Part shown: positions 28,111-35,373 of the stretch, one piece after another
Layout: every line of letters begins with the position of its first letter
Numbering within the stretch: the stretch's first letter is position 1
DNA from: Gemmatimonadales bacterium
Lineage (GTDB): Bacteria; Gemmatimonadota; Gemmatimonadetes; Gemmatimonadales; GWC2-71-9
DNA: 56,152 nt
Assembly: GCA_036265635.1 (NCBI GenBank)
Contig: DATAOR010000019.1
Span: 1-56,152 of the forward strand
Direction: 5' to 3'
Made by a program: the position numbers and the translations under genes
The notes under the pieces: model-generated
What the model saw: the letters and a program-made list of their open reading frames with translations, nothing else
What the model was told of the DNA's origin: nothing
The model's database searches: none

Positions 28111-29732
28111 GGGGTCATGTCCAGCATCTCGAGGTTGGCCTGGGCCAGCTGATGACCCGGATTGAGCTCGATGGCACGGCTCCAGCTCTCCCGTGCCGCC
28201 GCCTTGTCGCGTCGCTTGTAGGCAATGTTGCCGAGCTTGAAGTAGAGGTCGTCGCCCAGATCGGGCGCCAGCTTGGCGGCCCGGTCGTACGCCTCGCGCG
28301 CGTCGTCGTACCGGCCGTGCCGATAGAGTATGTCCGCCAGGTTCTTCGAGATCTGGGGCAGGCCGGGATCCTCGGCCAGGGCCACGCGGAGGGAGGCCTC
28401 GGCGCCCTGGGCATCACCCTTGAGCTCCAGCAGCACGGCCAGGTTGTTCTGGAGGACGGCGTGGCCGGGATAGGATTCGGCGCCGGTCCGGGCCGCCCGA
28501 AGGGCCCCGGCCCCGTCGTCCATCCCGACGCTGACCAGGGTGGCCGCCCAGTACCACAAGGCCGGGACCGGCCGGTCTCCCAGCAGCTCCATGGTGCGGG
28601 CCAGCCGGCCCTGAGCGACCGCAAACTCCCCGCGCTTGAGCGCGATGACGCTCCAGCCCAGCATGATCCTGGCATCGTCGCGGGCCCGGGCCGCGGCCTC
28701 GCCGTAGGCGGCTTCCGCTTCGTCCAGCCGGCCCAGCCGCTCGAGGGCGTACCCCAGGTTGTGGAGTGCCGCGGGCTTGCCGCCGGCGCCTCCGCCGGCC
28801 TGGGTCAGGGCCGAGACCGCCTCGTCCCATCGCCCCTGGCGGATGGCGATCAGCCCGAGATAGAAGGGTGCGCTGGCGTCGGCCGGGCGGAGATCGGTCA
28901 CCCGGCGGAACTCCCGCAGGCCCTCATCGAGCATGCCCGCCTTGTAGAAGGCGATGCCGAGGTTCCGGTGCTCGTCCACCCGGCTGTCGTTCACCCTGGG
29001 GGCCGCTGCCGCCGAGGTACCGACCCGGTGGGCGAATCCGGCCGTGATGAGACCGTACAGCGCCTTGCCGACCTCGAACTCGATCAGCCCGGACGCGTCG
29101 ATCACCGCCTGCACATCGCGGCTCCCATCCAGCAGCGGGACCAGCCGCTGCTGCTCGGCGGACAGCTCCGGCGCGGACTCCCCGATGTGGGCGGGATCGA
29201 CCGCGAAGATCAGGTCGAACGAGGGGATCTTCTTCTCGATCAGGCTCCACTCGTCGACCCGCCGGGCGCCTTCCAGCAGGAGGAACTCGGGATTGATCCG
29301 GACCAGGAAATCTTCCTGTTCCGGCCGGACGCCGGCCTCGAAATTGAACGTGCCCGAGGTCCAGGTGAACAGGTAATAGACGGCCTCCTCGATCTGGAGC
29401 CGCATGTAGCTCTCCAGCTCCTCCCGACTCAGGTGACCCAGCTCGACCAGGATCTCGCCCAGCTTGGACTCCCGTTCCCCGCCCTGCCGCGCGATGGCCT
29501 GCTCGAGCTGCTCGGCCGAGATCCGGCCGTTCCGCACCAGGATATCGCCCAGGCGGTCGCGACGGTTGACGATGGCGGAGTAGACGATGTGGCCTTCGTC
29601 CAGGTAGATCGTCCCGAAGTTGTGCCGGTCGGCCAGCGCCAGACACCCCGTCCGCCGGCCCAGGAACAGCAGCTGGATGACGTCCGGCAGGCTGGCCTCC
29701 TTGAGGCTGCCCTTGATGGCCATCAGCGCCAT
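28107..29732 (-). CDS. PATAN (DUF4388) domain protein with MshEN-like helical insert and C-terminal TPR repeats
   Basis: The track ORF (to 30542) is over-extended. I trimmed it to the ATG at 29732; an alternative ATG at 29723 forms TGATG with the upstream stop. The product starts MALMAIKGSLKEASLPDVIQLLFLGRRTGCLAL (DUF4388 signature), then tandem RLGDILV.../KLGEILV... helices, then more than 8 TPRs. Confidence 0.75.
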   Translation of the reverse strand: MALMAIKGSLKEASLPDVIQLLFLGRRTGCLALADRHNFGTIYLDEGHIVYSAIVNRRDRLGDILVRNGRISAEQLEQAIARQGGERESKLGEILVELGHLSREELESYMRLQIEEAVYYLFTWTSGTFNFEAGVRPEQEDFLVRINPEFLLLEGARRVDEWSLIEKKIPSFDLIFAVDPAHIGESAPELSAEQQRLVPLLDGSRDVQAVIDASGLIEFEVGKALYGLITAGFAHRVGTSAAAAPRVNDSRVDEHRNLGIAFYKAGMLDEGLREFRRVTDLRPADASAPFYLGLIAIRQGRWDEAVSALTQAGGGAGGKPAALHNLGYALERLGRLDEAEAAYGEAAARARDDARIMLGWSVIALKRGEFAVAQGRLARTMELLGDRPVPALWYWAATLVSVGMDDGAGALRAARTGAESYPGHAVLQNNLAVLLELKGDAQGAEASLRVALAEDPGLPQISKNLADILYRHGRYDDAREAYDRAAKLAPDLGDDLYFKLGNIAYKRRDKAAARESWSRAIELNPGHQLAQANLEMLDMTP

Positions 29733-32017
29733 TCCTCCAGCAGCCGGTCGCCGACTTCGGGCCATTCCCAGACCATCTTCTCGCGACTCCGGGCCGCAGC
29801 GGGCCCGGCACCGAGCACGCCGCTGCTGCGGGCCTCCCGCTTGGGCGCGACCGGCGTCGGGTCCAGCACTTCGCGGGCGAGGGCCGCGTCCGGCGTCCTC
29901 CCCCGGAGGGCGGATTCGTCGATGACCCGCTGGAGCAACGCCTGAGCGGCCCGGAGCGAGTCGGCCGGCCGTGCGGCGATGTAGCCGACCAGCTCGGGGT
30001 CGGTGATCGCCAGCTTGGCCTCGAGGTCCCGCGCCAGGACGCAGGCCCGCACCGCAGGATCCGCCGGTGGCAGCTCGACCACCAGGCCGCCCTCCAGCCG
30101 CGAGCGCAGCCTCGGCTCGACCCCGCGCAGCTCTGCTGGCGGCACCGCCGAAGCGAACACCAGCTGGTGGCCGGCGTCGATCAGGGCGTTGAACAGGACA
30201 AACAGCTCGTCCTGCGTCCGATCGGTGGCCGCGATCAGGTGGACGTCGTCCAGCAGGAACGTCGTCGCGCGGCGGTAGCGGGCCCGCCACCGGGCCACCG
30301 CGTCCCGATCGATGGCCGCGATCAGCTCGCCGGTGAATTCCGGAGCGCTCAGACAGGCGACCGTCTGACCCTCCCGCACCAGTGCGTTGCCGATGGCGTG
30401 GAGCAGGTGGGTCTTCCCCACCGCCGCGCCGCCGATCAGCACCAGCGGGTTGTACCGGTCTCCGGGACTGGCGATGACGGCCCTGGCCGCCTCCAGCACC
30501 ACCCGGTTGCCCGGGGTCTCCAGCAGCGTGTCGAGCTGCCACAGGGGCGACGGCGCCGGCAGCGGGTGACCGTCCTCGCGTGCCTGTCGGACGACCTCCA
30601 CGGCGGCGGCCACGTCGCCGGGATCACGGAACACGGCCAGCCCGGGAAGGTCGGGCGACAGCGCCGCGGCCTCGGCCTGGAGCGCCTGCAGCCGCTCGAC
30701 CTCCTCCTCGAACTCGCGCAGGGCGCGCTCGGGGTCATTCACCATGTCCTGCTGCAGCAAGGCCTCGAGCGTCGCGGTGCGGTAGCCCTCGCCCTGCCAG
30801 CGGAGCACGGCGGCATTCACCCGCGCCCGCCAGGTATCGACCTGCTGGGCCACGGTGGCGGCGATCTCGGACAGGAAATCGGCGAACTCGTCGGGCGCGC
30901 GGCTGAGCACCTCGGCTGGCGCAGCGGCCAGGGCACCCTCCCGCCGGCCGGTGACGTGCTCGGACGCGTTCTGCCGGCTGCCCGGTTCCTCCGCCCCAGC
31001 CGGCTGGGGCCGAACTGCGGGCTCAGCCCTCGCCGACTGGGCCGCGGGGACGGCGGGCGGTGCGGCGCGCGAAGCGCCCACCGGGGTGACGCCTTCGACC
31101 GCTCTCGCCGCCGGCCGGGCCGAGACGGTCTGCCGTTCAGCCGGGGGACCTTCCGCCACCCGCCCAGGCGTCGCTCCAGCCGCCGGTGTCGCCTCACCCG
31201 CTCGATCCTCGCCCGCCGGGCCGGGCGGGCGGGGGCGACCGTTGGCCTCGGCCGACCCGCCACTCTCGGCCGACGTCGCCGGGGGGTCATCCCCGTCCGG
31301 CTCGCCGCCGACCAGCATCCGTGCCTGGCCCGGCACGAGGGGAGCGTCGCTCACCGCCTGAAAGGCGATCAGGCGATTGAGCGCGCCGAGCAGCTCCCGG
31401 ACGTTGTCGATGTCGAGCGCCGCCACCGCCTCCAGCACGCCCGCGCCGAAGCTGGCCCGCCGTTCCTCCGCCTTCCGCCGCAGGATGGCGACCCGGGTCT
31501 CGTAGTCCGGCGCCCCGACGTCGATGATCAGCCCGCCCGCGAAGCGGCGGATCAGGCGCTCGTCCAGCGCCTCGATCTCGGCGGGCGGACGGTCACTGGT
31601 CAGCACGATCTGCCGGCTCGCGGTCTGCAGCGCATCGGTCAGCCGGAGCAGCTCGGCCTGCATCTCACGTCGGTGGGTCAGGAACTGGACGTCGTCCACC
31701 AGCAGGAGGTCCACGTCGAGGAACCGCTTGCGGTAGGCCTCGCCCTGGCCGGCGGCGATGGCGGCGTGGAAGGCCTCGACGAACTCGTCGAGGGTGAGGT
31801 ACTCCACCACCAGCCGCGGGTTGATCGCCCGGGCGGCGTGCCCGATGGCCATGAGCAGATGGGTCTTGCCCAGGCCGGGGCGGGCATCCACGAACAACGG
31901 GTTGTAGACCGTGCCGGGCGACTCGGCGACGGCCTTGGCCGCGGTGACGGCCAGCCGGTTCGAGGCCCCCACGACCAGGGTATCGAACCGGTGGAGCGGA
32001 TTCAGGCTGACGGTCAC
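29723..32017 (-). CDS. Tandem DnaA-domain-III (Hda-like) AAA+ ATPase, no DnaA domains I or IV
   Basis: 764 aa with a GTG start that forms a GTGA overlap with the mglA stop. Module 1 (aa 1-225) is collinear with DnaA domain III: NPLHRFDTLVVGASNRLA, PGLGKTHLL, LLLVDDVQF, IVLTSDRPP, RLIRRFAGGL, NVRELLGALNRL. Module 2 (aa approx. 488-705) has PLWQLDTLLETPGNRVV, GGAAVGKTHLLHAIGN, FLLDDVHLI, LVFASAVPP, RLRSRLEGGL. The two are joined by a Pro/Ala-rich linker and a helical region. Confidence 0.85.
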   Translation of the reverse strand: MTVSLNPLHRFDTLVVGASNRLAVTAAKAVAESPGTVYNPLFVDARPGLGKTHLLMAIGHAARAINPRLVVEYLTLDEFVEAFHAAIAAGQGEAYRKRFLDVDLLLVDDVQFLTHRREMQAELLRLTDALQTASRQIVLTSDRPPAEIEALDERLIRRFAGGLIIDVGAPDYETRVAILRRKAEERRASFGAGVLEAVAALDIDNVRELLGALNRLIAFQAVSDAPLVPGQARMLVGGEPDGDDPPATSAESGGSAEANGRPRPPGPAGEDRAGEATPAAGATPGRVAEGPPAERQTVSARPAARAVEGVTPVGASRAAPPAVPAAQSARAEPAVRPQPAGAEEPGSRQNASEHVTGRREGALAAAPAEVLSRAPDEFADFLSEIAATVAQQVDTWRARVNAAVLRWQGEGYRTATLEALLQQDMVNDPERALREFEEEVERLQALQAEAAALSPDLPGLAVFRDPGDVAAAVEVVRQAREDGHPLPAPSPLWQLDTLLETPGNRVVLEAARAVIASPGDRYNPLVLIGGAAVGKTHLLHAIGNALVREGQTVACLSAPEFTGELIAAIDRDAVARWRARYRRATTFLLDDVHLIAATDRTQDELFVLFNALIDAGHQLVFASAVPPAELRGVEPRLRSRLEGGLVVELPPADPAVRACVLARDLEAKLAITDPELVGYIAARPADSLRAAQALLQRVIDESALRGRTPDAALAREVLDPTPVAPKREARSSGVLGAGPAAARSREKMVWEWPEVGDRLLEEWR

Positions 32018-32616
32018 GCGACCGGCGCTCCAACCGCGAGCCGCCTGAGCACCAGCTCGGAGATGCCGCGGAGGGTCTCGAACACCCCGGTGCCATGGAG
32101 CGCGTCGGCGGCATAGCTGGGCACGGCTCGAAAGTTCAGCGCGTCGTCCATCTCGTCCTGCGACAGGATCAGATCGGCCGGGAGATCCTGCTTGTTGTAC
32201 TGGAACACCACCGGCAGCTGGCGGACGTCCACGCCCTGGGACAGCAGGTTGTCCTGCAGGTTCTGCAGGCTCTCCAGATTGTCGTCGTACCGCCGGGCCT
32301 GACTGTCACCGACGAAGACGACGCCATCGGCGCCCTGCAGCACCAGCTTGCGGGTGGCGTTGTAGTAGCTCTGGCCGGGTACGGTATAGAGCTGGAACTT
32401 GGTGGTGAACCCCGAGATGCTGCCCAGCTCGAGGGGGAGGAAATCGAAGAACAGGGTCCGATCCGTTTGGGTCGCCAGCGAGACCATGCGGCCGCGGCGG
32501 CTCTCGGGCACCCGGCCGTAGACATACTGCAGGTTGGTCGTCTTGCCGGACCGGCCCGGCCCGTAGTAGACGATCTTGCAGGTGATCTCGCGCGACGTGA
32601 AGTTGACCAGGGACAT
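32014..32616 (-). CDS. mglA: Ras-like polarity GTPase MglA
   Basis: 200 aa starting MSLVNFTSREITCKIVYYGPGRSGKTTNLQYVY. It has the MglA-specific TVPGQ in place of DxxG, the intrinsic Arg context TDRTLFFDFLP, and NKQD. Confidence 0.92.
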   Translation of the reverse strand: MSLVNFTSREITCKIVYYGPGRSGKTTNLQYVYGRVPESRRGRMVSLATQTDRTLFFDFLPLELGSISGFTTKFQLYTVPGQSYYNATRKLVLQGADGVVFVGDSQARRYDDNLESLQNLQDNLLSQGVDVRQLPVVFQYNKQDLPADLILSQDEMDDALNFRAVPSYAADALHGTGVFETLRGISELVLRRLAVGAPVA

Positions 32617-32621
32617 GCCGG

Positions 32622-33083
32622 TTACCGTCCGAAGAGCGCTTTAAGGCTCGCGTTGAGCTCGGTCTCGAAGTGTTCCGCCAGCGGCGGAGCCGTGGCCGGC
32701 TCTCGCGGCGCGGCGACCGCCAGCTGGCCCACCATCTGATCGAAGAAGAGCCGGACCAGGCCGACCGACGTCTCCGGGCCGAACACCACCAGACCGATCC
32801 AGCGACCGCGCGGAGTGGTGAAACCCGCCAGCAGGCAACTCTGCCGTTGCCCGTTGTGGACCAGGGCCTCGAACCGGGCGGCGCCCATCAGGCGGGCCAG
32901 CTCCTCGGTCGAGGCCACGATGCCCGCCCCCAGCGCCGCCGCCGTCATCACGTCGAGCGACCGGCCGAAGCCGTGCTGGGCCACCACCTGGCCGGAGGAC
33001 GTCATGATCAGAGCCAGCCGGGCCGCGCTCTCGGCCAGAAAGGTCTCGAGCGGCGCCGCTACCCAGGGCTCGAGCGCCTTCAT
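32622..33083 (-). CDS. mglB: Roadblock/LC7 protein MglB (MglA GAP)
   Basis: 153 aa with a Roadblock pattern (ARLALIMTSSGQVVAQHG...AAALGAGIVAS...GLVVFGPETSVGLVRL). It lies immediately upstream of mglA, as in the mglBA operon. Confidence 0.8.
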   Translation of the reverse strand: MKALEPWVAAPLETFLAESAARLALIMTSSGQVVAQHGFGRSLDVMTAAALGAGIVASTEELARLMGAARFEALVHNGQRQSCLLAGFTTPRGRWIGLVVFGPETSVGLVRLFFDQMVGQLAVAAPREPATAPPLAEHFETELNASLKALFGR

Positions 33084-33448
33084 CAGGCCAGCCGCCCGGC
33101 AGCCCCGATCATCTCCAGGCGGGCCAGCCCGAGATTGGCCTCGGGGCCTACCACCGCGACCAGCACCAGATCGTCGGGGCCCGGGGCGGCCAGGACGCTG
33201 CCGGACGCGCCGCGAAGCTGGATGAAGGCCGGCGGGCGGAGGCCGGCGCTCTCGGCGGTGCGGGCCAGCCTTCCCACCAGGCTGCCCGCCAGAGCGGCCG
33301 CAGCCTGCCCGTCCACGCCGTCCATCAGCTGGTCGGCCACCACCAGGCCGTCCGCCGCCGCGACCACGAGGGCGCCGCGCACGCCGGGGACCCGGGTCAC
33401 CCGGTCGAGCGCTGTCTGGGTCGCGGTCACGTCTGGCGCTCCAGCCAT
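33083..33448 (-). CDS. Second Roadblock/LC7 protein (MglB paralogue / MglC-like)
   Basis: The track ORF is over-extended. I trimmed it to the ATG at 33448; an alternative GTG at 33430 forms GTGA with the upstream stop. The product is 121 aa: RVPGVRGALVVAAADGLVVAD...LVLVAVVGPEANLGLARLEM. It shares a TGATG junction with mglB. Confidence 0.65.
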   Translation of the reverse strand: MAGAPDVTATQTALDRVTRVPGVRGALVVAAADGLVVADQLMDGVDGQAAAALAGSLVGRLARTAESAGLRPPAFIQLRGASGSVLAAPGPDDLVLVAVVGPEANLGLARLEMIGAAGRLA

Positions 33449-34329
33449 TCCGCCGCCGCGCGCGCGGCCCGCTCGGCCAGCAGCATCACCCGACCGACCG
33501 GCAGCGTCGTGGGCCGGGCCGCCAGCACCACGGTGTCGGCGGTGGCCGGGGCCAGCGCCAGGTGACCATCGGGCGACTCCACCGCGATGACCTCCCAGGT
33601 CCCCAGTCCGAGCAGCCGCGTGGCCCGGGCCGCCTCGCGTGACACGCCGGCGAGCTGCGCCGCTACCCGATCCCCCGCCGCGGTCTCGTCCCCCTCGAGC
33701 CGCCCGCCGAGGCGCATTCCACCGGTGTCCACCAGCAGCAGACCTGCCTCCGCCCCGACGGCACCGAAAGGGCCAGCGGGACCGGCCGGGGGGGGGGCCG
33801 CAGCGGCCGCCGCTGTGTCCTCCCGCCGAGACGTGCCGCGGCCCGGGTCGCGGCCCCAATCTGCCGGACCGTCCGGCGGAGCCGCCGCCGCCGCCTCGCC
33901 CGTACCGGGCGCATCGCGGTGGGCCCGGCGAGCCTCCGGGCCCAGCCGTACGAGGGCCTGGCGAATCGAGGCATCGTCCGGTTCGACCTCGAGCGCACGC
34001 TCGAGGTGGGCCACGGCCGCCCCGGCGTCCCCGGCCCGGTAGTAGAGGAACGCGATCCCCTTGAGCGCACTCGTCCGCATCGGGTCCAGCTGCAGCGCGG
34101 AGGTCCAGGCCTCGAACGCGCCGGCCAGGTCGCCCTGGTCGCTCAGCACCCGCGCCATCAGATCGTGGGCATCCGCCAGCGAGGGATACCGGGTCAGGCC
34201 ACCCCGGGCCACCTTGTAGGCCGGCTCCAGCTGGCCCCGGCGGCGCAACGCCTCGGCCAGCTCCAGGAACGCCAGGCTCCCCGGCTCCTCGGCCAGGCGG
34301 GCGGTGAGGGCCCGGATGTCTTCAGTCAC
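33427..34329 (-). CDS. TPR + disordered linker + Roadblock/LC7-like fusion protein
   Basis: 300 aa with N-terminal TPRs (LELAEALRRRGQLEPAYKVARGGL..., AGAFEAWTSALQLDP) and an Ala/Pro linker. The C-terminal Roadblock-like domain reads AGLLLVDTGGMRLGG...WEVIAVESPDGHLALAPATADTVVLAARPTTLPVGRV. Confidence 0.65.
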   Translation of the reverse strand: MTEDIRALTARLAEEPGSLAFLELAEALRRRGQLEPAYKVARGGLTRYPSLADAHDLMARVLSDQGDLAGAFEAWTSALQLDPMRTSALKGIAFLYYRAGDAGAAVAHLERALEVEPDDASIRQALVRLGPEARRAHRDAPGTGEAAAAAPPDGPADWGRDPGRGTSRREDTAAAAAAPPPAGPAGPFGAVGAEAGLLLVDTGGMRLGGRLEGDETAAGDRVAAQLAGVSREAARATRLLGLGTWEVIAVESPDGHLALAPATADTVVLAARPTTLPVGRVMLLAERAARAAAEWLERQT

Positions 34330-35371
34330 GGTAACGCTCCAGCTCCTTCTCGATCGTTTCTACCGCATGCTGCAGCCGAGCCACCGCGGCGGCCTCGGCA
34401 TCCTCGCCCGGAGTGCGATCGGCCAGCCGGGTCCACGAGGACCACAGGTCGAGCGCCTCGGCAAACCGTCCCAGGCCGGCGTAGCACAGGCCAAGCAGCC
34501 GGCGGGCCTCCGGCATCAGCGGATCCGCTCGCAGGACCTCCTCGAGCGCGCCGGCCGCCAAGTCGTACTGGCCACCGGCCAGCGCTTCGCGGGCGGGCAC
34601 GAGCAGCGCGGCATAGTCGCGGCCGGGCTCCAGCTCCTCGCCAGGATGGGCCGGGTCGTCCAGCACGACGATGCCGGCATTGGTGAGCCCGTAGACGGTG
34701 CGCGCCACCTCGAATTCCGACCGACCCAGGATCTCGGCGAGGGAATGCAGGTCGCGGCTTCCGTCCACCGCCGCCAGCACCTCCCACTCGAACGGCACCA
34801 AATCCAGGATCTCGGACCCCTGGGCTTCCGGCGGCGGCAGCCGGGGCACCAGCCGGAGATGCGAGACCTTGGAGCCGATCCGGGACCATTCGTCGATCCG
34901 CCGGGCGGCCTCCATCAGCAGCGCCTCGGTGGGCACCCGCACCGGTGCCGCGACCGCGGCGTGGTACGCCCCGCCCTCCTCGAACCGGAAATACCCCTCC
35001 GACCAGCGCAGCAGATCGAACACCGTTTCCTCGATCTGGGCCTTGAGCTGCCGATCGAGCTCGCGCCGGGAGATCACGCCGAGCTCCACCAGGATGTCGC
35101 CCAGCCGCCGTCCATCGCCGCCGGCCTGCAGTCCCAGGGCGCGATCGAGGTCGGTCCCGGTGATCTTGCCGACCCGCACCAGGCGGGTACCCAGGGGCTG
35201 GGGGTCGTCGCCCATCGCCGCCGCGACCACGCCGCCCCGATCGAAGCACACGGTGCCCGCGGTTTGCCGCAGCTCCGACGTCACCCGGAGCACCCCGCTC
35301 TTCCGGCCCAGGTCGAGCAGCTGGAAGACGTCCTGGATGTGCAGGTCCTTGAGCGGTCCCTCGAGCGCCAT
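34322..35371 (-). CDS. PATAN (DUF4388) domain protein with MshEN-like helical insert and C-terminal TPR
   Basis: 349 aa starting MALEGPLKDLHIQDVFQLLDLGRKSGVLRV (DUF4388 signature), then tandem PLGTRLV.../RLGDILV... helices and C-terminal TPR-like repeats. Confidence 0.75.
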   Translation of the reverse strand: MALEGPLKDLHIQDVFQLLDLGRKSGVLRVTSELRQTAGTVCFDRGGVVAAAMGDDPQPLGTRLVRVGKITGTDLDRALGLQAGGDGRRLGDILVELGVISRRELDRQLKAQIEETVFDLLRWSEGYFRFEEGGAYHAAVAAPVRVPTEALLMEAARRIDEWSRIGSKVSHLRLVPRLPPPEAQGSEILDLVPFEWEVLAAVDGSRDLHSLAEILGRSEFEVARTVYGLTNAGIVVLDDPAHPGEELEPGRDYAALLVPAREALAGGQYDLAAGALEEVLRADPLMPEARRLLGLCYAGLGRFAEALDLWSSWTRLADRTPGEDAEAAAVARLQHAVETIEKELERYRD

Positions 35372-35373
35372 CG

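Noticed and set aside
29723-32017. DnaA-like gene as the replication initiator and a nearby oriC
   Set aside because: The protein lacks domain IV, which binds DnaA boxes, and domain I. I saw no cluster of TTATCCACA-like boxes and no AT-rich unwinding element anywhere nearby. Both flanks are overlapping coding sequence with no intergenic space.
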